From Bdellovibrionales bacterium (GTDB lineage Bacteria; Bdellovibrionota; Bdellovibrionia; Bdellovibrionales; JAUICD01), in NCBI GenBank assembly GCA_965203275.1, contig OZ241865.1:2368001-2432000 (forward strand): a DNA stretch of 64,000 nt. The letters run 5' to 3'. The translations under genes were made by a program, and so were the position numbers. Below, in pieces: positions 20,114 through 32,117 of this stretch. Every line of letters starts with the position of its first letter. Position 1 is the first letter of the stretch. Under the pieces are notes generated by a model. The model worked only from the letters and a program-made list of their open reading frames with translations, searched no databases and was not told the DNA's origin.

Positions 20114-21550
20114 CTACAACAACGTGTCTTCGAGTTGTTTTAATTCTTCAGACATTGCAGGTGTTAAAAAATTAAAACTATCTATTGAGTAAAGATAATG
20201 TAATCGACATAATGGATCTGTTACTGTAGCATCATTAAAAATACACATAAAGTTAGGGTCATTTTCAGAACGCCTGATTAACCTAAGTGTAATAGCCTTT
20301 CTTTGATCACCTTGTGCAACTTCTCTTTCTAACAGCTCTTTTCTAAGTGTGAACATTCCTTTTATTTTATTATAGAGCATAGCATTTTCATTCCCGTATA
20401 TATTTCTTCCTAAATAACCATCTAACTTTCTTTTGACATTCCAATAGTCTACAACGTATATGTTGAGGATTTTGCAAAAGTCTTTCATAACCTCTATGGA
20501 AGGGTCACATTGCCAAAGCATTTCAACGTATAACCTTTTAGGCATATTGTATCTTACTTCTTCTGTTGATTTGATCTTATTTAAATATGCAAGCATGCTT
20601 GTATACATTGAAGTTCGACGTATCCAAAATTGTTCTTCTAAAGTCATGGAGCTTAGGGATTTTGCAAACTCTTCAACCCCCGTAGCAACTTCATTTCCTC
20701 TTTGTGTAGCAGCTATTGTATTTTGTATTGTATTTTGTTGGTGTATTTGTTCATAAGGACTATCTCCTTTTTGAAATAAAATACTGGATACACCAGCAGC
20801 ACCTGCACCCAAACGCCATTTAAGTCTTTGTAAAAAAGTTATTCTTCTACGTAAAGCTTGCATAACTCTTGTTCGTCGAAGCCACCTATAAAATCCTGCA
20901 CTTTGAATAAGTGTTTTACTTAAAGAAAGTCCACGTTTAAGAACACTAAAAAGCTTTCCTGTCACACCGCCTATGGCAACCCATTCTACAGCATACGCAT
21001 CGACAACTCTACTCATATCGACTCTTAAAATAGCGTCTTTTATTTCCTTATGTAATTGTTCAGAGTCTAAATTATTTTCTTTAGCACAATCTTCAATAGC
21101 ATCCGAAAAACCTTCAGTGTCTATAAGAGACTGAACATAATTTGTATTTAAAACAAAAAGTTCATCAGTATCATCGAGTTCATCAGTGTCATGGCTATTG
21201 CTATTTTGACCAAATAATGTGTTTCTAAAAGCCTCATGCTCTAAGGAAAGCCATTGCATAAGCCCATTTTTATATCTTTGATCTCTTATCAAAGGGTTGT
21301 ATACATCCATTATATCCATTACTCCAGGAGTGTGACCTGTCCCGTTGTTGTATGTGAAGACATAGCAAAGGTCATTGGCAACTCTATAAGAGGTCGCCTC
21401 TACTAATAGGTCTATTTTTTTTTTATTAGCTTGTAAAGATCGCTCAGTATTGTGGAACTGTAAATCTTCTAATAAGTTTGAATTATTAGCTTGTGTTAAA
21501 GATGGATAGAAAAAAAGACATATAAAAATAATAGATTTAAAAAGTTTCAT
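20114..21550 (-). CDS. Secreted hypothetical protein
   Basis: 478-aa ORF with signal peptide and GGAG RBS. Confidence 0.8.
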   Translation of the reverse strand: MKLFKSIIFICLFFYPSLTQANNSNLLEDLQFHNTERSLQANKKKIDLLVEATSYRVANDLCYVFTYNNGTGHTPGVMDIMDVYNPLIRDQRYKNGLMQWLSLEHEAFRNTLFGQNSNSHDTDELDDTDELFVLNTNYVQSLIDTEGFSDAIEDCAKENNLDSEQLHKEIKDAILRVDMSRVVDAYAVEWVAIGGVTGKLFSVLKRGLSLSKTLIQSAGFYRWLRRTRVMQALRRRITFLQRLKWRLGAGAAGVSSILFQKGDSPYEQIHQQNTIQNTIAATQRGNEVATGVEEFAKSLSSMTLEEQFWIRRTSMYTSMLAYLNKIKSTEEVRYNMPKRLYVEMLWQCDPSIEVMKDFCKILNIYVVDYWNVKRKLDGYLGRNIYGNENAMLYNKIKGMFTLRKELLEREVAQGDQRKAITLRLIRRSENDPNFMCIFNDATVTDPLCRLHYLYSIDSFNFLTPAMSEELKQLEDTLL

Positions 21551-21623
21551 AAAAGCTCCCTTATATATTATTTTAGGTTGATATTTGTGAATGACTGTCA
21601 GTCATCCTCTTTAATAATTTAAA

Positions 21624-21639
21624 AGCAATTTTCATTCCA
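21624..21639 (-). promoter_or_regulatory. Possible sigma54 -24/-12 promoter
   Basis: TGGAATGAAAATTGCT (GG-N10-GC), 74 bp upstream of the 21550 start. Confidence 0.4.
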
Positions 21640-21913
21640 AAAGTTAAAAACCATCTTATAGCTTTATTTACAATGGAATCAGCAGATATAGCTTTAATCA
21701 ATGAGTGTAAAGGGATATGTCATGTATGAATACAGTGACAAAATTTGTCATTAAGATATATTGTTATTGAGATTAAATGAGGGGAAAATATACCAAAGAG
21801 AGATATATAATTTAAAAGGTCTTAAATAATGTTCTAATAAGATCTCAACAACCTTATTTGTCTAATATGGATTGACAAATAAAGTTGTTGTTGCCTTTGA
21901 GGTCTAAGTGTAG

Positions 21914-22501
21914 TTAGTCGTCGAGGTCGAGTAGTCCTAATTCATTCCTTACCACGCCATTTGCAATACTGGCGCGAATAATACGTATAAGATTCCAAAG
22001 AGTAGTGAGAGACTCCTTTGAAAATACGAGAACACTTCTCAATCCTTCAGGGTCTTTCTTCTGCAAGTATTGGTACGAGATACCTGCTACAATTGAGGCA
22101 CCTAATGAAACAGCCCCTGTTCTTGTCATAAGACGCCTGAGATTTCTATAGAAAGCCTTTACAGCAATTACACTAGCAGTAGCCCCTACTCCTAAAGCAG
22201 CAAAAGTCCTTATACTCGCTGTTGATAACATAACACTGAACGCACCATCATCAGTTTGTGTAGCTGTACTCAGATCACTTTCTAATTCTGTCAATGCTCC
22301 TCTTATAAACTGAGCTTCATCTTGAGTGACAGGTTCTTCATGTTGATCTAATTGAGCTACAGTTCTCTCTTGGGCTTTAGGGGTTTTTGCACTTTTACAA
22401 TTTTGATGATGATCGTGTTTGGCTACTGTCTCTGGAGCAGTAGTGCATCCCACTGATATAGTCACCAAAGCAAATAATAAAAAACTTAAATAATATTTCA
22501 T
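21914..22501 (-). CDS. Lipoprotein, family X member 2
   Basis: First 33 aa identical to 17720 gene; divergent mature part. Confidence 0.85.
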   Translation of the reverse strand: MKYYLSFLLFALVTISVGCTTAPETVAKHDHHQNCKSAKTPKAQERTVAQLDQHEEPVTQDEAQFIRGALTELESDLSTATQTDDGAFSVMLSTASIRTFAALGVGATASVIAVKAFYRNLRRLMTRTGAVSLGASIVAGISYQYLQKKDPEGLRSVLVFSKESLTTLWNLIRIIRASIANGVVRNELGLLDLDD

Positions 22502-22705
22502 GATTGACTCCTTTTTTAATTTATTGTTAGTTTATTGGTTTTTAAAATTGAATTGACAGCAATAAAACTGTCATACAGTAAGCTTCTCTGAAGCTTGCTG
22601 TAAGTTTTAAATAGCTTAAAGCTTATGAAGTATCTGGGATTAAATGAATAAATTGTGATGAGAAGCACTTTGTTAAAGTGTATGTGCTGGCAAAACCCTG
22701 TATTG

Positions 22706-22780
<75 letters not shown>

Positions 22781-22970
22781 GAATAAGTCCTTCCTTTTGT
22801 TTTTTTAACATTGTGTTAAGGGAACAATTCCTTCTAATGCCTGAATACCGGTTTGCCGGATCCCGGATAAAGTATATTTAAATACCCTTTCATTACTATT
22901 ATCGGCTCAAAATATTGAATACTTTTATCAACTTTTAATTTTGTCTAAAATTTAGTCTTTTGTCTTATGA

Positions 22971-23230
22971 TCCCTAACATTTCACTCAAAGTGAACTGGC
23001 CTCTGGCCACTTTTGGACAATGACCATTTTGCCAATGGTGAAAAAAGTGAAATAAACATCTTGTTTCCTTAACATCGTGTAAAGAGACGAGAGGATCCTT
23101 CCTACTAAAAATAAACGGATTTTTGAGGCAATCAGCCTTTGATCGACGGCGAGAGCCGTCGGGCTGATTGCCCAAAAACAGCCAGAGGCTGGTTTATTTT
23201 TAGTGAAATGGACCACTTTTAGTGAAATGG
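22971..23230. repeat. Cluster 3 of palindromic elements
   Basis: Full copy 23062-23208 (+) with GCGAGAGC loop, plus fragments. Confidence 0.9.
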
Positions 23231-23231
23231 A

Positions 23232-23915
23232 TCACTTTGAGTGAGAAAGAAGATTTTCTCTACAGGCCATTAAATTTGCTTCAGGTGACCCTTGAGAGTT
23301 ATAATTTTCTATTGCATTGGCCACTGAGAATTGATGATGGATATTGGCATACTGTGTAGCACTCCAACCGTTATCGTTGATCACATTTGTTCTTGCACCT
23401 ACACTTAATAAAAGACATATTGTTTGCTTATGAGTCATAAGAACAGCTAGCATCAAAGCTGTATTGCCATAGATGTCTGTGTCATTAATCGTTTGATGCC
23501 CACCAGATTGTAAAATCCATGATATAACGTCAATATCATCACTTTGGTCTGTAGCCACCATTAAAGGTGTTTCTTCATACTTGGAAATAGTAAAGTTAAG
23601 ATCAGCACCAAAATCTAAGAGTAATCGAATGATTTTCTTTTTATCATTTTCTGTCTTACAACGTTTACCATAAAGAGCTATTTGCAAAAGTCGATTGCCA
23701 GAAAGATCTACCAAATCAGGGCTTTCACCATAAACAAGTGTAAGTTCTACTCCTTTAGTATTACACAATTCTACAGACCACAATAAGGGTGAGTGTTGGG
23801 TATTGTTGATTGTATGTATTCGATTATTTTCATAAAAAGAATATCCAAAGGAAGGGATAAGGGTCATCAACAGAACATAAATAAAAAGCCTTGAAGTTTT
23901 GTAAAATATCATCAT
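23232..23915 (-). CDS. Secreted ankyrin-repeat protein
   Basis: Signal peptide; ETPLMVA, GNTALMLA and GARTN motifs. Confidence 0.88.
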   Translation of the reverse strand: MMIFYKTSRLFIYVLLMTLIPSFGYSFYENNRIHTINNTQHSPLLWSVELCNTKGVELTLVYGESPDLVDLSGNRLLQIALYGKRCKTENDKKKIIRLLLDFGADLNFTISKYEETPLMVATDQSDDIDVISWILQSGGHQTINDTDIYGNTALMLAVLMTHKQTICLLLSVGARTNVINDNGWSATQYANIHHQFSVANAIENYNSQGSPEANLMACRENLLSHSK

Positions 23916-23956
23916 ATTTTAACATTACCTGATAAAAATTAATTAGACAAGCTTTG

Positions 23957-24819
23957 GTTCACTCAAAATGCATAAATTTTTGAGGCAATCAGCCTTTGAT
24001 CGACGGCGGTAGCCGTCGGGCTAACTGGTATTAGAAAGATATTTTCCTTAACATCATGTTAAAAGAGGAAAGGATCCTTTCTACTCAAAGTGAACAGGCT
24101 TTTGAGACAATGACCATTTTGTCAAAGGCGAAAGCCTTTGCGGTCATTGTCCAAAAGTGACCAGAGGTCAGTTCACTTTGAGTGAAACAGAGGCTGGTTT
24201 ACTTTTAGTGAACCAACTCCTCCAACCTGCCTCCGCCTCCCACTCATAGTATTCTTCATTTTTTTGAGAGTTACGCAGAATCTAAAAGAGAATAAAAAAA
24301 CAACTAGCTTGTTTCCTTAACATGGGGTAAAGAGATGAAGAGATCCTTCTTCCTAAAATTGAACAGGTGTAAAAAGGAACCTTTTCCTTAACATGGTGTC
24401 AAGAAACGAAGAGATCCTCTCTACTAAAAGTAAACGGACTTTTGAGACATTGCTCTTTTTGGACAGCGATAGCTGTCAGAGCAATGTCCAAAAGTAGCCA
24501 GAGGCTAGTTTACTTTTAGTGAAACAAACCACTTTTAGTGAAACAACTCCTTAACATGATGATTTGAGAGTGAAGCATCTTGCTTTTTCCTTTACATGAT
24601 GTTATAAGCTAGAAAGGATTCTCTTTCCAGGATCCGGGATCTGGCAACCCGGGAAGCAGGTGTAAAAAGGAACTTTTTCCTTAACATGGTGTCAAAAAAC
24701 GAAGGGATCCTCCCTACTAAAAGTAAACGGACTTTTGAGACATTGCTCTTTTTAGACAGCGTAAGCTGTCAGAGCAATGTCCAAAAGTAGCCAGAGGCTA
24801 GTTTACTTTTAGTGAAACA
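23957..24819. repeat. Cluster 4 of palindromic elements
   Basis: Copies 24043-24189, 24383-24526 and 24676-24819 (+). Confidence 0.9.
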
Positions 24820-24838
24820 ACTAGAAGGTACAAATAAA

Positions 24839-25924
24839 GTGTTTATTGATGAAGTCCACATTAAAGTATGCTCTGGTAGTGGGGGGGCTGGTTGCGTAAG
24901 TTATCGTAGAGAGAAGTTTCTACCTAAAGGAGGGCCTGACGGAGGAGACGGAGGTCGAGGCGGTGATATGATCTTCAAAACCAATCCTCACCTAAAATCT
25001 TTATTCGACCTCACAAAGAAAAAACATTACAAAGCTGAAGATGGTCAATCTGGAGGAGGACAGAGGAAAACAGGAAAAAACGGCAAGGACCTTGTCATTG
25101 AAGTTCCTGTAGGGACTTTGCTAAAAGATACCGATGGATATATACTCCATGACCTTTGCTCACCAACCAGTCAAGTTTGTCTTTTAAAAGGAGGTAAGGG
25201 CGGAAAAGGCAATCACTTTTTTAAAAACAGCCAAAACCAAACCCCATTTACTGCACAGACTGGTCAAAAAAGTCAAGAAATGTCCTTATGCTTAGAACTC
25301 AAACTGATAGCTGACTTAGGCTTGATAGGGTTTCCTAATGCGGGTAAGTCTAGTTTGCTTTCTCGCATATCTGCAGCCAAACCTAAAATAGCTGATTACC
25401 ATTTTACAACACTTAGTCCTCATATTGGAGTCATTAATTTAGATGCACTTCAACCACAAATCAATGAACCACTTACTGTGGCAGATATTCCAGGTCTTGT
25501 TGTCAATGCTCATAAGGGGGTTGGCCTAGGACATAAGTTTTTAAAACATGTAGAACGTAGTAAAGCTCTTATTTATGTGTTAGATGCTTTATCAGAGACA
25601 AATCCTATCGATGATTATAAAGCCCTTCAAAAAGAGATCGCTTGTTATCAAAAAGGCAAACAGTTTTTTTTAGATTCATCTGATCTTGATCTTCTCAAGC
25701 GTCCTTTTCTTGTTGTACTCAATAAAATAGATGCCTTGCCAAATCAAAAACTTAAGGATATACTCTTGGAATTTAAAGAAGAACATATTTCAGTGATCCC
25801 TGTTTCTGCAAAAGAGGGGCTAGGTTTGCAATCTCTTTTACATCAGATGCAAAACACTGTACAACAAAAAGAGTTCTGTAATGTTATGACTTTCAAACAG
25901 GAGGCTCAAGCTATTGACTTATGA
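24839..25924 (+). CDS. obgE: GTPase ObgE/CgtA
   Basis: FIDEV, GGPDGGDGGRGG, GFPNAGKSS, DIPG and NKID motifs; GTG 24839 is the likely start. Confidence 0.97.
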   Translation: MFIDEVHIKVCSGSGGAGCVSYRREKFLPKGGPDGGDGGRGGDMIFKTNPHLKSLFDLTKKKHYKAEDGQSGGGQRKTGKNGKDLVIEVPVGTLLKDTDGYILHDLCSPTSQVCLLKGGKGGKGNHFFKNSQNQTPFTAQTGQKSQEMSLCLELKLIADLGLIGFPNAGKSSLLSRISAAKPKIADYHFTTLSPHIGVINLDALQPQINEPLTVADIPGLVVNAHKGVGLGHKFLKHVERSKALIYVLDALSETNPIDDYKALQKEIACYQKGKQFFLDSSDLDLLKRPFLVVLNKIDALPNQKLKDILLEFKEEHISVIPVSAKEGLGLQSLLHQMQNTVQQKEFCNVMTFKQEAQAIDL

Positions 25925-26922
25925 ACAATCCAAATCAAAAAATACATCGCATTGGAATTTTTGGAGGAAGTTTTAATCCTTTTCATAAAGGACATCTCAA
26001 TAGTGTTTTATCAGTTGCCACTAAAAAGCACCTTGAAAAGGTTTTAATTATACCTGCCCATCAAACTCCTCACAAAACCTTTATTGAAAATCCTTCTCCT
26101 AAACAAAGATTAAAAATTGCTCAGTTAGGATGCTCAGAATACACAGATATTCTACAAGTCGATTCTAGGGAAGTTAATAGACAAGATATTAGCTATACGA
26201 TCACAACTCTTAAAGAGCTTAATACAAATAATACACAATTATTTTTAATTATTGGTTTGGATTTGTTTTACAGCCTTGATCATTGGAAGGAATATAAAGA
26301 TATTTTAAAGACATCTAATTTATTAGTCACTTCAAGGCCTCATTTTTTCTTTCCAGAATCTATAGAGGAGTTTCCAAAAGGCTTACAGGATGATGTTAAA
26401 AGCTTTAGTTTGCAAAAAGTTGAACTCTCATCAGGAAAAACTATAGAGTTTATTCAAATTGATCAGGATGTTGATATTTCGTCTACACGTTTAAGGAGGA
26501 AAATCCAAAATAATAAATCAACATATCATTATCTTGATGTACAAGTTGAAGAATATATAAAAGAAAACAAACTTTATCAGGAACAACGCAGTAAGGGTGA
26601 CCTTCAACAGATAGTGACCTTTGCTCAAAAGGTGTTGGATGAACAAAAAGCTATGAACATTAAAGCATTTCATTTATCATCCAGAAGTACTATTGCAGAG
26701 CATATATTGATTGCTTCTGGAATGAGTCGGCGACATACTCAGAGTTTGTCTGATATTCTTATTCAGAGGATTAAAGATGAATTTTCTATTGGGCCGATGG
26801 GTGTAGAAGGTATGACTGAAGGGCATTGGGTAGCTATAGATTATAGCTTTTTTATTGTGCATATTTTCTATCATTATATAAGAGATAAATACCAATTAGA
26901 ATCTCTATTTTCCTCACAATAA
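25921..26922 (+). CDS. nadD: Nicotinate-nucleotide adenylyltransferase fused to ribosome silencing factor RsfS
   Basis: GIFGGSFNPFHKGH and ISSTRLR; C-terminal IASGMSRRH..EG..WVAIDY..VHIF..R..Y.LE. Confidence 0.92.
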   Translation: MNNPNQKIHRIGIFGGSFNPFHKGHLNSVLSVATKKHLEKVLIIPAHQTPHKTFIENPSPKQRLKIAQLGCSEYTDILQVDSREVNRQDISYTITTLKELNTNNTQLFLIIGLDLFYSLDHWKEYKDILKTSNLLVTSRPHFFFPESIEEFPKGLQDDVKSFSLQKVELSSGKTIEFIQIDQDVDISSTRLRRKIQNNKSTYHYLDVQVEEYIKENKLYQEQRSKGDLQQIVTFAQKVLDEQKAMNIKAFHLSSRSTIAEHILIASGMSRRHTQSLSDILIQRIKDEFSIGPMGVEGMTEGHWVAIDYSFFIVHIFYHYIRDKYQLESLFSSQ

Positions 26923-27030
26923 AGCCAATGGACAAGATACACTTTGCAGGTCAAAAATACTTGCTATGGTTTATTTTTTCAATTAAGGTATATTATTGAA
27001 CTAGTTTATTGAACTAGTTGTGAATAGCAA

Positions 27031-27104
27031 TGGGGTATAGCCAAGCGGTAAGGCACTGGGTTTTGATCCCATGATCGTAGGTTCGAATCCTGCTACCCCA
27101 TCCA
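27031..27104 (+). tRNA. tRNA-Gln (TTG)
   Basis: TGGGGTA/TACCCCA acceptor stem, GCCAAGCGGTAAGGC D arm, TTTTGAT anticodon loop, GGTTCGAATCC T arm, encoded CCA. Confidence 0.95.
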
Positions 27105-27144
27105 ATGGATACAAAACTTGTCAATGATATAAGAGTTATGCAAT

Positions 27145-28005
27145 ATGCATTTTATAGCTGAAGGTCTAAATGATTCTCATCAGGTTAAATGGCCAACAAA
27201 GTTACTTAATAAGCCTCAAGCTCATCCTTTCGTCAAATGGGCTGGAGGGAAAAGATCTTTAATCCCTATACTAAGTGTTTTACTTCCTAACAAATTTAAA
27301 GACTATTATGAACCATTCGTGGGTGGAGGTTCTGTTTTTTTCTCTTTAGCTCATTGTATCCACAAAGCCTATTTATCTGATTTAAATCAAGTTTTGATGT
27401 ACACCTATCAAATCGTTCAACAAAAACCTCATCATTTGATTAATGCATTAAAAAAGCATCAGAGCAATCATAGCAAAAAATATTATGAACAGATCAGAGA
27501 TCAGTATGGCTTTCAATCTAAGTCCATTGATCTAGCTGCTACATTTATTTACTTAAATAAAACATGTTTTAATGGATTATATCGTGTGAATCGATCAGGT
27601 AAGTTTAATGTACCCATAGGGAGTTATAACAATCCTATGATTTGCAATGAAGCAAATTTACTCAATGCCAGTAGGGTTTTAAAGAAGGCAACCCTTAAGT
27701 CGCAATCATTTGAAGCAATCCATCCTCAAGCACAGGATCTTATTTATTGTGATCCTCCTTATGATGAAACCTTTACCTCATACACTCAAAATGGTTTTAA
27801 TTCTGCCAGTCAAGAGAAGCTAAAAAATTACTGCGATGAATGGAGGAAGCTTGGTGCTTATGTGGTTATTTCTAATAATGATACACCTTTGATCAGGGAG
27901 CTTTATAGAGGGTATCGGTTTATTCGGGTAGAGATGACAAGAAATATCAACAGGGATGGAAGTAAAAGAAATAAAGTCCCTGAGCTTTTAATCTTGGGCT
28001 ATTGA
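27145..28005 (+). CDS. dam: DNA adenine methyltransferase (Dam/D12 class), orphan
   Basis: KWAGGK, EPFVGGGS, FNGLYRVN and DPPY motifs. Confidence 0.92.
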   Translation: MHFIAEGLNDSHQVKWPTKLLNKPQAHPFVKWAGGKRSLIPILSVLLPNKFKDYYEPFVGGGSVFFSLAHCIHKAYLSDLNQVLMYTYQIVQQKPHHLINALKKHQSNHSKKYYEQIRDQYGFQSKSIDLAATFIYLNKTCFNGLYRVNRSGKFNVPIGSYNNPMICNEANLLNASRVLKKATLKSQSFEAIHPQAQDLIYCDPPYDETFTSYTQNGFNSASQEKLKNYCDEWRKLGAYVVISNNDTPLIRELYRGYRFIRVEMTRNINRDGSKRNKVPELLILGY

Positions 28006-28539
28006 TAGTACTTCTTTCATTTGGTTTACTTCTTCTAAATATTTATCCTCATCACTTTGCAGTTCTGCGATTTCTCTTTTTAATCGAGTTATACTAAATT
28101 TTTTCATAATATATACTTCAATACCCATGTCGCTTTGCTTGCCATTACTTCTCATAAAACATTTTGGTGAATGCCATGTACCATTTCTTAGACCGCCGAA
28201 ACATTGATCATTGATCTCGTATTCAAGGGTTTCAATATCTTCTTGCAATCTATTTATTCTTGCTCTTATCGCATAGACCAGTTCTTGAGTTTGATGCATT
28301 TCTTCAATGCTTCTTTCAATATCCGTAGGTATGACGGTTGTGACCACATCTGTGACCACATCTGTGACCACTCGATCATCTCCTTGCTCTTGTCCAGATG
28401 TTGCTTGTCCAAATGTTGTATGAGGTACACTGCAAATCAATATAAGGATGATCAGATATCCTTGAATGGCTATTTTTTGTTTTGAAAACCAAAATAAATC
28501 CATAATTTGTTGGTTTTGTTGGTTGATAAAAGTCATCAT
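27988..28539 (-). CDS. Exported coiled-coil hypothetical protein
   Basis: GAGGT RBS, hydrophobic segment, VVTD 12-bp repeats. Confidence 0.7.
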   Translation of the reverse strand: MMTFINQQNQQIMDLFWFSKQKIAIQGYLIILILICSVPHTTFGQATSGQEQGDDRVVTDVVTDVVTTVIPTDIERSIEEMHQTQELVYAIRARINRLQEDIETLEYEINDQCFGGLRNGTWHSPKCFMRSNGKQSDMGIEVYIMKKFSITRLKREIAELQSDEDKYLEEVNQMKEVLSIAQD

Positions 28540-28896
28540 AATATTACCTCCTATACCTTAAAATTTGATATTTTACTTTACTTGCTTAATTTAAGGATTT
28601 TAAATTATTTTATATGAAAAAGCAACATTTATTTTTGTATTTGTATATATTTAGATAAAAATCGTGTAAAATTTTCTCACTTTGTTTTATTAAAGCTGAG
28701 CCTGTCATTTTTTGTTGCTCTGGGCCTCAAGGTAGGGTTTTTAGGCTTTTTTCAAGGCTAAATATTGCTGGCTTCTTGCATTTTAGGCAATGCATCATAA
28801 TTTCGTATGCCCAGTTGCATTTTTAGCAAAATGAATGTAAAATAAATTTAGGGAAGTAATAGGCAAGTAACAAGTAAAAGTAGAGGTATTAGAAAA

Positions 28897-29286
28897 ATGA
28901 ACGAAATTTTACAAAGAATAAAAAACGACTGGCCTTCTTTTGTATTATGGTGGATTTTTCCACTTGTTTTAACGTCTTTAGGCTACGTTATTAAAGTACA
29001 ATTATATAATCACATACCTACACAGATCAGAGAAGTTAAGACAGAGCTTAGGAGAGATATTAATAGGTTGGATAAAAATATTGATGGGATTGAATTAAAA
29101 ATTGATAGAATGAATCAACGCTTTGATAGAATGGCCGAACAAAACAATCAACGCTTTGATAAAATAAATCAACGCCTTGATAAGATGGCTGAACAAAACA
29201 ATCAACGCCTTGATAAAATGGTTGCACAAAACAATCAAAACTTCAAAGATATGATGTTTCTATTAAGTAATAAAAAATCCAATTAG
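28897..29286 (+). CDS. Small TM + coiled-coil protein (YNHIP family, member 1)
   Basis: GAGGT RBS, one TM segment, QLYNHIPTQI, repeated NQRFDKM heptads. Confidence 0.8.
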   Translation: MNEILQRIKNDWPSFVLWWIFPLVLTSLGYVIKVQLYNHIPTQIREVKTELRRDINRLDKNIDGIELKIDRMNQRFDRMAEQNNQRFDKINQRLDKMAEQNNQRLDKMVAQNNQNFKDMMFLLSNKKSN

Positions 29287-29557
29287 TGTTTGATCTTATA
29301 CTTTATCCCACTAAATTATTTTCTTAAGTTTGCTAATGGTATATCAAGACAGAAAAGCCTCAATGACATTTAGTCATACATCACTAGTCTATTCTGTTTT
29401 GTAGTACCAGCCACTCACAACAACTTTACAACCTAAACTCCTTATACAAGCATGCTTTAAAACCATGTTTATATTATTTCAGAGCAATTAAAGGTGGAAG
29501 CATCACAAATCTCAACGCATCAAATTTTCTTTACAAACTTGATCACAAGATAGAAGC

Positions 29558-29780
29558 CTAGTGGCATAAAAGTCTTGATCTACTTGTAACTAACTGAATT
29601 AACTTAAATTTATTTTTTCTAACTACTTAAGCTCAAATCAATTATTAAAGTTTTTACAACAAATTTTCGATAAGTTATTTAATACTAAAGAGTCTTTAGT
29701 ATTCATTTCAAATCTCTATGCTAAGTTAAAGAGGTATTTATTATGAAAAATTCACTTTCATCTGTCTGCCCCCCCCCCCC
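29558..29780 (+). promoter_or_regulatory. Shared promoter/RBS/poly-C leader cassette, copy A
   Basis: Homologous to reverse complement of 34739-34972; GAGGT RBS, ATG 29743, C12 at 29769-29780. Confidence 0.75.
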
Positions 29781-32117
29781 AAAGCTCTGCGTCATGGCTA
29801 TTTTTTAGCATATAAGTCTTTAAAACAATTTATTTTGCCCATTTATGATCTCAAGCTGATCAAAGCTTTACTTTATTTACCTTACAAAATGGCCATTTCA
29901 CAAAAACAACAAAAAGTTAGTTTTATTCAAAAATGTGTAAAGTGCAGAGGTCAAATATCTATTTTGATGGCTTTGATTTTTCCTGTTTTATTTGTGTTTT
30001 TTGCTATGACCATCAATATTGGTCTTTTGGTGCATGATAAAATTAATTTACAAAACTCAGTGGATTTAGCAGTTTATTATGGGGCAACAAAGCAGGCAGA
30101 AATTCTCAATGCCATCGCTCATATTAATTATCAGTTGAGACAAAACTGGAAATTACTAGCATTTCGACTCAGGGGGTTTGGTGATTTTGGATCTGAAAAC
30201 CACCCATGGCTTTTAAATTCAAAAGTGACAGGAACATTTTCAGACAATGATGATTGGAGACCGCTAAATAATCCTAAATACCCGGGAGAACCCTCACCAG
30301 TATCTGTTTGCACTCAAGTAGGTGAGAATTGGATGCAAAGGTATGTCGGTGATCGTACTATTAACCGGAAAAGAAAAGATTTTGCATGTAATAAACCAGA
30401 TTCAGTGATTTCAGGTGTGCCTATAACTCAAGCTGTTCAAAATGCTCCCTTCACACTCCTAGCTGAAGAGTTCGAAGAGTACACAGTGCATGCACAAAAA
30501 AAAGGCATGGAACAATGTATTAGCCATGGAGCAAGCAACTGGTTTACAGCATCTGTTTGGTTTTTTGCCTATAAATACAATTTAATCATTAGGAAGATAG
30601 CTATTGAAAAATTAGCAGAGCTTTTAGAAAAGGGACAAGACCTAAGTGGCAAAAAGATAGAAGCTGGTGTAAAAAAAACTTTTGAAAATAACCTGACACG
30701 TTCTAATCGAGATGCTGTTAGAAATGATGATGTCCATTGGAATTATTTTAATTCTATGAAGGATATTAATAGGTCTGCATGGCTTGTAGAAACGCCTCTT
30801 TTACCTTTTATTTACTATACAGATAGTGAATATGCGGGTGGTGGGCGTGGTGGAAGTGATCCTAATTGTACTTATATTATTAAGCTTTTAGAAAATGAAC
30901 CTTATCATTTCACACATCCTACTTATAATAATACTCTTGTTTATGATACAGATAGATATCAAGTTATTAAAGAACATCTAAGATATCTTACTGCTGTTGA
31001 ACCGCCGATGGGTGATCCCGGTATACCAATAGAAAATACGAATATGCATATTTCTATTGCCAGTATGGTCAGCTATGAAAAAAATCCTTGGTACATGGTT
31101 TACTCTGGGCTTAATGTACAACTTGAAGCAGGTAATAGAATCTTTAGTCCTTTTAAGCCCGGTTCACCTACTCTTAAAGCAAAGGCTTTTGCTAAACCTT
31201 TTGGTGGGAGGATAGGACCATGGATGTTTCCGACTTGGCCAGAAGGTAGTCGTCGATCTCAAAATAATAATAACCCAATTGATATGATGCTTCAACCTAT
31301 TATAAGGGATGAAAATGGAGATGCAAATACAGCAAGCCTTCTTGATCCTAATCGTGTACCTAATTACTCAAGGTTTCCCGGGGATGAATTCGGATTAAAC
31401 TCTCAAAAAGCACTTGGTGTTTTTCGTTATTTAATAGATCAGATGTCTCATATAGATTTAAGCTATAATGACTTTTTAAAAGAATCCATCTTACCTTCAT
31501 TGGAAGATTTAGGAAACCCTGGACAGCAATATGATCCTCTCGCATGGGATCCTATTAATCAAGATCCTAAAGCAGAAGCTCCTAAATCTCGTGTTTTTGA
31601 AGTTCTCTCTGTAGCACCTGACCTTTTTGACATTACTTATTATTCTATTGATCCACAGTTTCATAAGAACCACAGTAACTTAATTGATCTTAATCTTAAG
31701 TTTGTCACGAGGGCCATTGACTTAGGAAATAAGCCTGGAAGCCAATATGATGGGTTCAATGTATTGGATCAATGGGCTTGGATGCACGACATATATCAGG
31801 GCGGCATATTGCCACCTTATCCATTAATTCCTGGAATTCAAATAGGTAGACATGGGGAATGGTTTGTAAAAAAGTGGACACATCTTTTAACAGGTTGGAT
31901 CCCAGAGAAAATGAGAAATGACAAATTTTTTGGTTCTTGTACAGATAAAGGTGATTTAACAAAAAAAACCAGCGAATCTCTCCCTGGATCTTGTGGTATT
32001 GGTGGCCGGATGGGATATTCTGTTAAGCTTGTTTCAGAAAGATATTTAAAAAGCGATTTGCCATTGGGAGGGGCAAATACAAGCGGGACAATTATTAACC
32101 CACCTGATTCATTATAA
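29743..32117 (+). CDS. TadG-like Flp pilus assembly protein; poly-C tract puts upstream ATG out of frame
   Basis: RGQISILMALIFPVLFVFFAMTINIGLLVHDKINLQNSVDLA Tad N-terminus; main frame open from 29781. Confidence 0.8.

Noticed and set aside
22945..23216. Short ORFs in element clusters (also 36784, 56991, 58981)
   Set aside because: Lie wholly in palindromic repeats; frames are not conserved between copies
24812..24838. N-terminal extension of ObgE
   Set aside because: Upstream GTG lies in the element end; homology starts at 24839
29562..29580. Sigma54 promoter in the poly-C cassette (TGGCATAAAA; similar motif near 60590)
   Set aside because: No GC at the required GG-N10-GC spacing
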